The notes under the pieces: generated by a model
Database searches by the model: none
Told to the model about the DNA's origin: nothing
Seen by the model: only the letters and a program-made list of their open reading frames with translations
Shown here: piece after piece, positions 35,585 through 44,923 of the stretch
Position numbering within the stretch: position 1 is the first letter of the stretch
How the letters are laid out: every line of letters begins with the position of its first letter
Virus record (IMG/VR): IMGVR_UViG_3300045284_000279
Span: 5,761 to 69,760 of that record
Strand: one strand, 5' to 3'
Length of the DNA stretch: 64,000 nucleotides
Source: a virus
Position numbers and translations under genes: made by a program

Positions 35585-37381
35585 ATGAAGCTCGGGCTCC
35601 GCATTCCGTACTACTACGCCGCAGGACCGGTCATCGTCGCAGCCGCCTTGACGTGTGCGAGTGCCTCGTCGGCGTCCTTCGTCGGCCGCTCGACGCGCGC
35701 GGGCGCGTTGTCGAGTGCCGGCACGGCTGCCGCAACCTTCGTCGGGCGGAGCACGCGCGCGGCGAGCCTGTCTAGCGCAGGAGTCGGTACGGCGACGTAC
35801 GTCGGGGCGCCTCGCGCAGCCGGCGCGCTCGCGTCGGCAGGAGTCGGAGCCGTGACCTTCGTGGGTCGGTCCACCGCTGCTGGCAGTCTCGCGTCGGCAG
35901 GCGTCGGCGCGGCGACCTTCGTGGGCCGCTCTACGGCTGCAGGAGCGCTGTCATCTGCGGGGGGTGCCTCAGTAGCCTGGACGGGCCGCTCGACAGCCTC
36001 CGGGGCACTGGTCAGCGCTGGCATCGGGTCTGCGACCTTAGTAGGACGAGCCGTCAAGTCGGCCGCCCTGTCGGCCGCAGGAGCAGGAACGGCGTCGTAC
36101 GTCGGACGATCTACGGCTGCAGGCGCCTTGGCAGCTGCAGGAGTTGGCACGGCAACCTTCACCGGCAGGTCTACGGCCTCGGCCGCCCTGTCCTCGGCAG
36201 GCCTGTCTACGGCTGCTCTGGTAGGCCGGTCCACCGCGGCCGGGGCGTTAGCCGCCTCAGGGGCGGCGACAGCGTCCTGGGCCGGGAGGTCCAGCGCAGT
36301 AGCCATCCTGGCCGCAGCCGGCACCGGCACCGCGTCGTGGACCGGCGCGAGTCGGTCTGCCGCGGCGTTGTCGTGCACTGGCGCAGCAACCGTCCTCTTC
36401 GTCTCGAAGCCGGAAGGCCGCTTGCTGGCGGCAGGAGTCAGCGCGGCGAGCTTCGTCGGTAGTTCGACGGCGGCCGCAGTGCTGTCGTGCGCCGGTGCAT
36501 CCTCGGTCGCCTTCGACGGCAGGGCGAGCAAAGCAGCCGCCCTGTCGAGCGCAGGTCTGTCCTCGGCGAGCTTCGTCGGGCGATCCACCTTCTCGGCCTC
36601 GATGTCGGCGAGTGCTGCCAGCACTGCGACATTCGTCGGCGCGCCTCGGACGGCTGCCGCGCTCTCGGCCGCGGGGATCTCGAGCGCGACCTTCGTCGGC
36701 AGGTCGACGACGGCCGGAGTGCTGTCGAGTGCAGGCGCATCTTCAGCACCCTTCGTCGGACGGGCGACGGCCGCAGGTGCCTTGACGGCCGCAGGCGCAG
36801 GATCGGCGACCTTCGTCGGTCGCTCGACGTCGGCCGGCGTGTTGTCGGCCGCAGGCACGAGCGCGCTGTCGTTCTCGACGAACGCCACTCGCTCTGCGGT
36901 CTTCTCGTCCGCAGGAGTCGGCTCGGCATCGTGGACCGGTGCGAGCATCAAGGCCGGCGCGCTCTCGTCGGTAGGTCTCAGCGCGGCGAGCTTCGTCGGT
37001 CGTTCGACTCGCGCTGGTGCCTTGTCGACATCTGGCGCAGCAACGGCGACATTCGTCGGGCGCACGACGCGAGCGGGAAGTCTGACGGCAGCCGGCGTTG
37101 GATCGGCGACCTTCGTAGGCCGCTCGACTCGCTCTGCGGTTTTCTCGGCGACGGGCTTCGGTTCTGTCTCGTGGAACGGCGTCATCTCAGGCACGGCGTC
37201 AGAGACGCACCTCATCGCCGTCTTCTCGCCCGCGTTGGCCTGCGTCGCGCAGGTCCAAGGCGACTCCGTGCTCGCCGCGACGTGGCGACAGGCCGTGCAG
37301 GTCGCCGTCGTCTATGCGCCCTCGGCAGGCCTGCTCGGCTCTGCTCGCGTCGACGACACGGAAGGCGAAGGCGACTTCTGA
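35585..37381 (+). CDS. Ala/Ser/Gly/Thr-rich tandem-repeat fibre-like protein
   Basis: about 26 copies of a 20-aa unit, consensus FVGRSTAAGALSSAGxxxAT. Confidence 0.75.
   Translation: MKLGLRIPYYYAAGPVIVAAALTCASASSASFVGRSTRAGALSSAGTAAATFVGRSTRAASLSSAGVGTATYVGAPRAAGALASAGVGAVTFVGRSTAAGSLASAGVGAATFVGRSTAAGALSSAGGASVAWTGRSTASGALVSAGIGSATLVGRAVKSAALSAAGAGTASYVGRSTAAGALAAAGVGTATFTGRSTASAALSSAGLSTAALVGRSTAAGALAASGAATASWAGRSSAVAILAAAGTGTASWTGASRSAAALSCTGAATVLFVSKPEGRLLAAGVSAASFVGSSTAAAVLSCAGASSVAFDGRASKAAALSSAGLSSASFVGRSTFSASMSASAASTATFVGAPRTAAALSAAGISSATFVGRSTTAGVLSSAGASSAPFVGRATAAGALTAAGAGSATFVGRSTSAGVLSAAGTSALSFSTNATRSAVFSSAGVGSASWTGASIKAGALSSVGLSAASFVGRSTRAGALSTSGAATATFVGRTTRAGSLTAAGVGSATFVGRSTRSAVFSATGFGSVSWNGVISGTASETHLIAVFSPALACVAQVQGDSVLAATWRQAVQVAVVYAPSAGLLGSARVDDTEGEGDF
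35670..37180 (+). repeat. degenerate 60-bp coding tandem repeat
   Basis: recurrent (C)TTCGT(C/G)GG at 60-bp spacing. Confidence 0.75.
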
Positions 37382-37821
37382 TGGCCATCACCTTCGACAT
37401 CACCGAAGATCACGGATGGTTCGTCGGCGACGACAAGGACTTCGTCTTCGAGATCCTCGCCGACGACGGTATCGATCCGTGGCTCGACGAAGAACAGACG
37501 ATCCCGAATCCTGCGAAGGGCGTCGTCAACGTCAGCACCTGGACGCTCGCGTGGACGGTGCGGAAGAAGGACGACTCGCCGGATCCGCCGCTCGTGCAGA
37601 AGACGACGACGAGCGGCATCACGATCGAAGGCACCTACAACTCGTCGCGTGCCTCGAACACGCAGCGCGTGCGCGTCTCAGTTGCCGACACGGACACCGA
37701 CGCCGTCACCGCAGGGAACTGGCGCCACGCGCTGAAGCGCATGACCGACGGCGCTGAGCAGGTTATCTCACGCGGCGACGCGCTCCTGCAGCGCGCAACG
37801 ACGCCGGCCTCACTGTCATGA
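37381..37821 (+). CDS. BppU-N-like Ig-fold virion protein
   Basis: GDD..F.F.I, V.V...T....VRK, V.V.VA..DT.....G...H.L. Confidence 0.55.
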   Translation: MAITFDITEDHGWFVGDDKDFVFEILADDGIDPWLDEEQTIPNPAKGVVNVSTWTLAWTVRKKDDSPDPPLVQKTTTSGITIEGTYNSSRASNTQRVRVSVADTDTDAVTAGNWRHALKRMTDGAEQVISRGDALLQRATTPASLS

Positions 37822-38384
37822 GCATCACCATCGTCGCCACGCCCGGCGCCGCCGACGCGAACTCGTACGCGACTCTCGACGAAGCCGCGTCGTACTTCGA
37901 GGTCCGCCTGCACGACGAAGCGTGGGAATCGGCGGCAACCGAAGACCAGAAGGCAGCGCTCGTGTGGGCGACGCGTTTGATCGACGGCTTTGATCCGTGT
38001 CCGGACCTGCCGTCGACGCTCGGGCCGTGGACCGGCACGGTGTCGTCCGCCACGCAGGCCTTGGCATGGCCGCGCACCGGCATGACGGATTCGAACGGGC
38101 GCGCTATCGCGAGCACCGTCATTCCGAACCAGTTGAAGTGGGCTGAATTCGAGCAGGCGCTGGCGCTCCTGAAGGCCGACCGCACGCTCGAGAGTGCCGC
38201 GGGAGCGCAGGGCATCACGCGCCTGAAGGCCGGCTCAGTCGAGCTCGGCTTCAAGGACGAGATCACGATCCAATCCATCGCGCCGGGCGTGCGTGCGCTC
38301 CTGCCTCGCTCGTGGGTGCGGCAGTGCTCCGGCATCACCTCGTATCTCTTCGACGTGGTCGGTCCGTCGAAGCCGTGCGGATAG
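37818..38384 (+). CDS. head-tail adaptor (DnaT-like annotated family)
   Basis: ANSYATLDEA..YF, AL..AT..ID, QALAWPRTG, IP..LK.A..E.AL. Confidence 0.8.
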   Translation: MSITIVATPGAADANSYATLDEAASYFEVRLHDEAWESAATEDQKAALVWATRLIDGFDPCPDLPSTLGPWTGTVSSATQALAWPRTGMTDSNGRAIASTVIPNQLKWAEFEQALALLKADRTLESAAGAQGITRLKAGSVELGFKDEITIQSIAPGVRALLPRSWVRQCSGITSYLFDVVGPSKPCG

Positions 38385-38385
38385 C

Positions 38386-38742
38386 ATGGCGCTCGATGAC
38401 CTCATTCGTGGCGGCATCGCGCTGGCGAAGGATCTGACGGCCGACCTGCAAGCGACCGTCAAGCATCGCCGCTACAAGGGCCAGCTGCACACCGGCGAGC
38501 GGGACTTCTATCCGGTCGTCCTGCGGCAGGCCATCGTCGACGCGAAGCAGGAGAAGGTTCGCGCAGCCGACGGGCGCGAGGTCGTCAGCAGGATGTACGT
38601 GCTGTTCCTCGAACCCGTCGACGTCACGTTGAAGGACGAGATCACCTTGCCGGACGGCACGAAGCCTGAGCTCATCGCGCTGGCAGGGTTCGTCGACAAA
38701 GGATCTGGGAATCCCTATTACCGAGAGATCTGGACGGCATGA
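38386..38742 (+). CDS. head closure/stopper protein
   Basis: G.EVVS...V.F, D.ITLPDG; position after adaptor. Confidence 0.7.
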   Translation: MALDDLIRGGIALAKDLTADLQATVKHRRYKGQLHTGERDFYPVVLRQAIVDAKQEKVRAADGREVVSRMYVLFLEPVDVTLKDEITLPDGTKPELIALAGFVDKGSGNPYYREIWTA

Positions 38743-39815
38743 TCCGCGTGGCACTCGCTGAGCCCTACCTGATCGGCAATGAACGCCGATACGTCCTCGA
38801 TGCGATGGACAAGGGCGAGCTGACGTGGCGCGGAGCCTATGTCGAACGCTTCGAGCACGCCTTTGCGAAGTACGTCGGCGCGCGCTACGCCATCGCCTGC
38901 TGTAACGGCACGGCCGCCCTGCACCTCGCCCTGCGTGCTGCAGGAGTCGAGCGCGGCATGCGCGTCGCCATGCCGACGCTGACCTACGTGGCGACGGCGA
39001 ACGCCGTCCGCTACTGTGAGGCTGTGCCAGTCTTCTGCGACGTCGATCCCGAGACGTGGCAGATGAGGCTGGACTACCGCCGACACGACCACGTCGACGC
39101 CATCCTGCCGGTGCACCTCTACGGCATTCCTGCGACGTCTGTCTCGCGATCGCCTGGCCTCGTCGTAGAAGATGCGGCCGAAGCCTTCGGCGCGCTGTTC
39201 GACGGCGTGACGCACGTCGGCATGATGGGGGCAGCCGGGTCGTTCTCGTTCTACGCGAACAAGATTCTGACCTGCGGCGAAGGCGGCATCGTCGTGACGA
39301 ACGACGAGCAGGTCGCCGCGAAGGCTCGCCTGCTGCGCGGGCAGGCGCAAAGTCCCGATCGGCTGTACTGGCACGTCGACGTCGGCTTCAACTACCGCAT
39401 GACGAACCTGCAAGCGGCCGTTGCGCTCGGACAGATCGAAAAGGCCGGCATCCACCTTTCCGCGCGCCTCGGGATCTTCGACCACTACCGCTTTCGCCTG
39501 CGTGACGAATCCGTGTCGTGGCCGCGCACGGAGCACGTCACCGACATTCAGGCGCCGTGGATGTTCGTCGTGCAGCTGCCGCCGTACGTCAATCGTGACA
39601 GCACGATCGAGAAGCTCGCAGGTCGAGGCGTAGAGACGCGGCCGGCCTTCGCCTGCCTGCACACGATGCCGCCCTACGCAACTGGCGAACAGCTGCCTCA
39701 CGCGCAGGCGATCTCCGCGAGTGCGCTGTGCCTGCCGACGCACGGAGGTCTGACGTATGCCGAGGTCGACTACGTCTGCGACAGCCTGCTCGAGATCATC
39801 AGGAGGGCAGCGTGA
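38739..39815 (+). CDS. DegT/DnrJ/EryC1/StrS sugar aminotransferase (perosamine synthase-like)
   Basis: NGTAALHLAL, PVHLYG, EDAAEA.GA, SFYANKILTCGEGG (PLP Lys), GFNYRMTNLQAA. Confidence 0.93.
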   Translation: MIRVALAEPYLIGNERRYVLDAMDKGELTWRGAYVERFEHAFAKYVGARYAIACCNGTAALHLALRAAGVERGMRVAMPTLTYVATANAVRYCEAVPVFCDVDPETWQMRLDYRRHDHVDAILPVHLYGIPATSVSRSPGLVVEDAAEAFGALFDGVTHVGMMGAAGSFSFYANKILTCGEGGIVVTNDEQVAAKARLLRGQAQSPDRLYWHVDVGFNYRMTNLQAAVALGQIEKAGIHLSARLGIFDHYRFRLRDESVSWPRTEHVTDIQAPWMFVVQLPPYVNRDSTIEKLAGRGVETRPAFACLHTMPPYATGEQLPHAQAISASALCLPTHGGLTYAEVDYVCDSLLEIIRRAA

Positions 39816-40537
39816 GCTACGTCGGCGCTGAAGCGACCGTCAGAGGCTTCAACGCGAAGTGCTTCTTCGGCGCAGGCGAGAAGACGCCCGGCTGGTATCT
39901 GTACGGCGGCTTCCGCGGCCAGATCCACGAGGTGCCGCTCGCAGGTCCATTCAATGACGAAGCGACCTGCCTGCGCGCGGCCGTCTGGATGGAAGCGCAG
40001 GCGCACCCGACGTGGTCTGAGGTCTATCAGACGGTGAAGCTGATACCTGCCGCCGACGGGGCGTTCCAGATCGAGCAGGTGCCGGAGATCTACGACCCAG
40101 TCATCGTCCTGCGCGCTCAGGCGATTCGCATCGCCCGCACTGCCCGCGTCGACAGCTTCGTGAAGCTCGAAGGCGGCGAAGGCCTGTTCATCGGCGAGCA
40201 CGTGCACGTCGCGTCGTTCTGCCACCTTGGCATCGGCGGTGGCCTGACGCTGCTCGAAGACGGATCGTCGTTCGGCTCTGGATCGAAGGTGCTGAGCGGC
40301 AGCAATACGCACGGCCTCGGGCATGGCTGCTCGGCTATCGTGCCGGACGCACAGTTCTCGCGGTCCTTCGTCCACGTCAAGAAGAACGCCACGTTGTTCG
40401 TCAATGCTGTTGTCCTGCCGGGCGTAACCGTCGGCGAGAATGCGGTCGTCGCCGCAGGTGCCGTCGTAACGAAGGACGTGCCGGACGGCGAGATCTGGGG
40501 CGGGATTCCTGCGCGCAAGATCGGAGTCGTCCTGTGA
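39812..40537 (+). CDS. hexapeptide-repeat (LbH) sugar acetyltransferase with extra N-terminal domain
   Basis: NAVVLPGVTVGENAVVAAGAVVTKDVP...WGGIPAR. Confidence 0.88.
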   Translation: MSYVGAEATVRGFNAKCFFGAGEKTPGWYLYGGFRGQIHEVPLAGPFNDEATCLRAAVWMEAQAHPTWSEVYQTVKLIPAADGAFQIEQVPEIYDPVIVLRAQAIRIARTARVDSFVKLEGGEGLFIGEHVHVASFCHLGIGGGLTLLEDGSSFGSGSKVLSGSNTHGLGHGCSAIVPDAQFSRSFVHVKKNATLFVNAVVLPGVTVGENAVVAAGAVVTKDVPDGEIWGGIPARKIGVVL

Positions 40538-41169
40538 GCGTGCGCTGCTTCATGATCGAACCGATCGGGCGTGCGCGCCTGACCCTGCGCCGCTATGCCG
40601 ACGGCCCGTGTCCGAACATGCCGGGACAGCACGGCTATCACAACGCCGAGGCGCCGCTGTTCGACGTCGACGAGCGAAAAGACCCTACCGGTTCGCCCGG
40701 CGATTGGGTCTACAAGCACGACGGTCCGCAGCGTCTGGAAGACGTGCCTCCTGAGTATGCGTTTCCGACGCACTGCGCCTGCGGCTTCGCGTTTCCAGAG
40801 AAGGGCGGACAGATCTTCTCGGTCCACCTCTATCGTCGCGTCGACAACGGCGAGGTCCGCACGCACCGCGAGTGGGTGAAGGTGCCTGGGGCGATGTGGA
40901 ACGCCGAGTGGCTGGCGCGCTATCCGCACTACTGCGGGCCTGACGGCCTCGCGCTGACGGTCGTCTGTCCGAACGGACAGGAGTGGTCGATCGACGGACG
41001 CTGCAGCAACTGTACGATGCCGGAAGACATGACGCACAAGTGTTGGGTGCGTCACGGGGTGCCTCCGCTCATCACAGTTGACAAGGACGGCGTGACGTGT
41101 GCCGCCGGCGCAGGGTCCATTCAGGCAGGTGACTATCACGGGTTCCTGCGGAACGGAGAATTCACGTGA
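40534..41169 (+). CDS. Cys/His-rich protein with DUF6527-like C-terminus
   Basis: PGAMW.A.W, CP.G.EW.ID...SNC, H.CW.R.G.PP.IT, SI...YHGFL.NG. Confidence 0.55.
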   Translation: MSVRCFMIEPIGRARLTLRRYADGPCPNMPGQHGYHNAEAPLFDVDERKDPTGSPGDWVYKHDGPQRLEDVPPEYAFPTHCACGFAFPEKGGQIFSVHLYRRVDNGEVRTHREWVKVPGAMWNAEWLARYPHYCGPDGLALTVVCPNGQEWSIDGRCSNCTMPEDMTHKCWVRHGVPPLITVDKDGVTCAAGAGSIQAGDYHGFLRNGEFT

Positions 41170-41405
41170 CCGGCCTGCGCCTTGCCGACGGCCAGCCTGC
41201 TGAGATTCCTGCGGCGGGATCGTACTGGCTACACGGGACGACGTGGTATGCGATCACGCCGAACGGCATGCTGGCCTCGCTGGCAAACCACACCGTCGAA
41301 GTCCACGACGACGGCACCATCTCGGTTAGCCCGTCGATCAGGTGCCGCAGTCCACTGCGTGAGTGGCATGGCTTTCTCGAACGTGGCACGTGGAGGGACG
41401 CGTGA
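41166..41405 (+). CDS. DUF6527-like small protein
   Basis: H.V..H.DGTISVSPSI...WHGFL..G.W. Confidence 0.6.
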   Translation: MTGLRLADGQPAEIPAAGSYWLHGTTWYAITPNGMLASLANHTVEVHDDGTISVSPSIRCRSPLREWHGFLERGTWRDA

Positions 41406-42079
41406 AGGTCGTCGTCGGATCGGCGTTCAGGAACAGCGAAGGTCGCGTCGACCGCTACTTCGAGCAGGTCGCGGCCTTCGCGCGCTACGGGAAGGAGCAC
41501 GCCTTCGACGTGCGCGTCGCGGCCATCGAAGGTGATTCGACCGACGGCACGCGTGCTCGCCTGCAGCAGCCTCGCGACCTCGACGTCGACGTGGTCATTC
41601 ACGAACACGGCGGACCCGTCTACGGGTCGACGGAAGACCCTGCGCGCATGGCGCAGCTGACCGGCGTCGGCAACGCCATCTTCAACAGTGTGCGCGAGAG
41701 CGACGACGTGCTCGTCTACGTCGAGAGCGACCTCATGTGGGACGCTGCGACGATCCACTCGCTCATGCTGTCGGTGATCTGCGGAGCCTGCGACGTAGTT
41801 GCGCCGCTCGTCTTTGCTGGCCCTCACTTCTACGACATCTACGCCTTCAGGAAGAACGGCGTGCGCTTCAGCCCGTTCTATCCGTATCACGCGGACCTGA
41901 ACGGCGAGCAACTCGTCGACGTGGATTCTGCCGGTAGTTGCCTCGTGATGTCGGCGCAGGTCGCGCGCGAGGTGAGGATTCCTGTCGGTGGAGTCCTCGT
42001 CGAGTGGTGCAACTCTGCGCGCGCGGCTGGCTATCGCGTCTGTGCGCGGCTCGACCTCGGAATCCAGCATGGTATCTGA
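41402..42079 (+). CDS. GT-A fold glycosyltransferase (GT2/Anp1/CAP59-like)
   Basis: FRN, EGDSTDGT, R..L..V.N, VESD, FYDIYAFR, VDSAGSC. Confidence 0.7.
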   Translation: MKVVVGSAFRNSEGRVDRYFEQVAAFARYGKEHAFDVRVAAIEGDSTDGTRARLQQPRDLDVDVVIHEHGGPVYGSTEDPARMAQLTGVGNAIFNSVRESDDVLVYVESDLMWDAATIHSLMLSVICGACDVVAPLVFAGPHFYDIYAFRKNGVRFSPFYPYHADLNGEQLVDVDSAGSCLVMSAQVAREVRIPVGGVLVEWCNSARAAGYRVCARLDLGIQHGI

Positions 42080-42997
42080 ATGCTGAAGGTCTTCGCCAAC
42101 CCAGTCGGTCTGCACAGCAGGGCGATGGTGCGCGTGGTCAACGGCCTGGCCTCGCATGCGCCGAGCCACGTGCGGTTCGTCACCGACCCTGCGGAGGCCG
42201 ACCTGCGCGTCATTCACGCGATCAGTCACGAATTTGCGCAGCAGATCGTTCCGGGTCAGGCGTACGTCTGGATTCAGTACTGCCTGCGAACGACGAGCGA
42301 CCAGAAGATCGACGAGCACTTCTGGCTGCCCATCTGGGACAACGCGGCGCTCGTGTGGAGCTACTTCGACCTGCCGGAGATCCTGCGGGAGAGCGAAGCC
42401 TCGCGCACGAACGGCTTCGCGTTCTACCACTCGCCGCTCGGTTTAAGCACGGCCTTCGTAGACTCTCGACCGAACGTGTTCCTGCCGGTGAAGCGAGACA
42501 TCGGCGTGATGTCGTCTGGCTTCGTCTCGGGGCCGTCCGCTGAGGCCATCGAAGAAGTGGCGATGGCGGCAGACACCGTGGGGATCTCGGTCCTGCACCT
42601 CGGTCCAGAAGCTGTCGTCGGCATGCGCGTCAAGCCACCGCGCTGGAAGAACGTGCTCGGCGTCAGCGACGTGGACCTAGCGCACTACTACGAGCGGTGC
42701 GAGTGGGTCTCAGCCTTGCGGCACGTGGAAGGCTTTGAGATGCCGGCCATCGAAGCACTGGCCTGCGGCGCTCGCCCGATCGTCTTCGACCGTCCCGACA
42801 TGACGCAGTGGTATGAAGGCCTTGCCACCTTCGTGCCGGAAGCGCACGGCTACGAGTTGGTCGATTCGCTCACGGAGATCCTGCGCCATCACCCGAAGCC
42901 GGTGACCGACGCGCAGCGAGAGGAGGTCCGCCGCAGGTTCGATTGGAAGACGGTTGCGACAGGGTTTTGGGACAGAGTGTTGTCTGAGCAGCAGTAG
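42080..42997 (+). CDS. GT-B (GT4-like) glycosyltransferase
   Basis: EGFEMPAIEALACG (Ex7E), FDW. Confidence 0.8.
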   Translation: MLKVFANPVGLHSRAMVRVVNGLASHAPSHVRFVTDPAEADLRVIHAISHEFAQQIVPGQAYVWIQYCLRTTSDQKIDEHFWLPIWDNAALVWSYFDLPEILRESEASRTNGFAFYHSPLGLSTAFVDSRPNVFLPVKRDIGVMSSGFVSGPSAEAIEEVAMAADTVGISVLHLGPEAVVGMRVKPPRWKNVLGVSDVDLAHYYERCEWVSALRHVEGFEMPAIEALACGARPIVFDRPDMTQWYEGLATFVPEAHGYELVDSLTEILRHHPKPVTDAQREEVRRRFDWKTVATGFWDRVLSEQQ

Positions 42998-43012
42998 AAG
43001 GAGTCCATCGAA

Positions 43013-43321
43013 ATGCCTGACTACTTTTCAAGCCATGCGTTGGGACAGGCACTGTCTACGCGCGGCATCTTGCCGAAGAACTGTGGCGACGTCGAACTGC
43101 TGATTCCAGTTGACGGCGTGCTCCAGCTTCAGTGCAAGATCAACGTCGAGGCCGGCGACATTCCGAAGATCATCGATGCGCTCAAAGAGCTTGCGGCAGG
43201 ACCGACTGTCGATGCGTCGGTTGCGCTGACTGTCGTCGAGACCGAACGCGATGCCAAGGAGCAGGATGCGTTCGTCTCGCGGCTGCGCGGTAGCCTGAAC
43301 GGAGGAGCCGACCATGCGTAG
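43013..43321 (+). CDS. hypothetical protein
   Basis: AAGGAG RBS; overlaps next gene. Confidence 0.5.
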   Translation: MPDYFSSHALGQALSTRGILPKNCGDVELLIPVDGVLQLQCKINVEAGDIPKIIDALKELAAGPTVDASVALTVVETERDAKEQDAFVSRLRGSLNGGADHA

Positions 43322-44531
43322 GCTGCTCTGGATCGGCGACGCGTGCTGCTCGACTGGCTTCGCGCGCATCACGCACGGCGTGCTTGACGTCGTGCGGCAC
43401 TCGTGGGATGTCTGCGTGCTCGGCCTCAACGCGCAGGGCGAACCGCACGACTACCCGTATCGCGTCTGGCCGTGCTATCCGGGCGGTGACTTCTGGGGCA
43501 TCGGCCGCATGCGTGAGTTGATCTACAAGCTCGAGCCGGACCTGATCGTGATCCAGAACGACCCGTGGAACTTCCCGCGCTACATGGAGCACGTCGGGAA
43601 GATCCCCGTCGTTGCTGCTGTCGCCGTCGACGGGAAGAACTGCCGTGGGCGAGACCTCAACGGCGTGAAGCATGCGATCTTCTGGACCGGCTTCGGAGCC
43701 GACGAAGCGGCGCAGGGTGGCTATCGCGGACCAGCCAGCGTGATTCCGCTTGGCGTTGACCTCGAGACGTATCAGCCTCGCCCGCGTCAGCTCGCCCGCG
43801 AGCAACTTGGTCTGTCGCCTAAGTTGATGCCAGCCTTCATCGTCGGCACGGTATGTAGGAACCAGCCGCGCAAGCGCCTCGACCTGACGGTGATGTACTT
43901 CGCCGAGTGGGTGAAGTCGCGCAGCGTCGAAGATGCCTACCTGTACGTCCACGCTAATCCGATCGGCAGGGAAGACATGCCGACTGGTCTCAGCGCTGAA
44001 GCCTTCGACGTGCCGCAGCTGATGTCGTACTTCGGTCTCGGCGGTCGCCTGATCTGGTCCAATCCGGAGATCATGCGCGGCGACTCCGAAGAGCACATAG
44101 TTCGCACGTACAACGCCTTCGACGTTCAGATGACGCAGTCGCAGAACGAAGGGTGGGATCTGCCGGTGATGGAAGGGATGGCCTGCGGCATTCCGCAGAT
44201 CGTTCCAGAGTGGGCGGCGCTCGGTGAGTGGGCGCACGACGCAGCGATGCTGGTGCAGTGCACGACCTTCGCCTGTACGCCGAACAAGGTCAACGCGATC
44301 GGCGGGATTCCCGACAGGATGCAGACGCTGGAGTGGCTCGATTCGATCTACGAGTCGAAGCACGGACAGCTCTGGGCCCGCTGCCGACAGCGCGGCCTCG
44401 ACCTCGTGCGGCAGCCGCAGTTCCGCTGGTCGGCCATCGGGCAGGCCTATGCGGACGTGTTCGATCGCGTGCACGCGAGCTTCCCGATGGAGCATGCTCG
44501 CCCAGGCGCAGGCGTGCTGCAGGAGCAGTGA
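43314..44531 (+). CDS. GT4 glycosyltransferase
   Basis: TGFARIT, PLGVD, RNQPRKRLD, YNAFDV, EGWDLPVMEGMACGIPQI. Confidence 0.9.
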   Translation: MRRLLWIGDACCSTGFARITHGVLDVVRHSWDVCVLGLNAQGEPHDYPYRVWPCYPGGDFWGIGRMRELIYKLEPDLIVIQNDPWNFPRYMEHVGKIPVVAAVAVDGKNCRGRDLNGVKHAIFWTGFGADEAAQGGYRGPASVIPLGVDLETYQPRPRQLAREQLGLSPKLMPAFIVGTVCRNQPRKRLDLTVMYFAEWVKSRSVEDAYLYVHANPIGREDMPTGLSAEAFDVPQLMSYFGLGGRLIWSNPEIMRGDSEEHIVRTYNAFDVQMTQSQNEGWDLPVMEGMACGIPQIVPEWAALGEWAHDAAMLVQCTTFACTPNKVNAIGGIPDRMQTLEWLDSIYESKHGQLWARCRQRGLDLVRQPQFRWSAIGQAYADVFDRVHASFPMEHARPGAGVLQEQ

Positions 44532-44923
44532 TGGCAACTGGCGTGAAGACGGACGGACACACGAAGCTGCTCCAGCAGACTCGCGCGCTGAAGCAGAACT
44601 TCCCGCGCGAGGTCATGTCGGCGCTCTTCGCCGAGATGCAGATCGAACGCACGGAGTCCATCCGAAAGACGCCGAGGTTGACCGGCGCACTTCGTGCGTC
44701 GCACATGGTGCTGCCGCCCGTCCAGAGAGGGAACGATCTGTCCGTGACCATCGCCGTCGGAGGCGTGTCGGCTCCGTATGCGATCTACGTCCACGAGGAT
44801 CTCGAAGCCATCCATCCGATCGGTCAAGCGAAGTTCCTCGAGCAGACGCTGAACGAAAGCGCGCCGTACATGTCGTCGCGCATCGCCAAGCGCATCGACC
44901 TGCGAAGGGCGATGCGCACGTGA
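44531..44923 (+). CDS. HK97 gp10-like tail completion protein
   Basis: TP..TGALRAS, PYAIYVHE, GQAKFLE. Confidence 0.8.
   Translation: MATGVKTDGHTKLLQQTRALKQNFPREVMSALFAEMQIERTESIRKTPRLTGALRASHMVLPPVQRGNDLSVTIAVGGVSAPYAIYVHEDLEAIHPIGQAKFLEQTLNESAPYMSSRIAKRIDLRRAMRT

Noticed and set aside
35614-37215. 533-aa minus-strand ORF
   Set aside because: Antisense shadow of the GC-rich repeat gene; it mirrors the same 20-aa period and has no independent signals
38739-44531. Host O-antigen locus, i.e. a prophage/host boundary or chimeric assembly
   Set aside because: The cassette is joined to the neck genes by start/stop overlaps on both sides and lacks flippase, polymerase and nucleotidyltransferase genes
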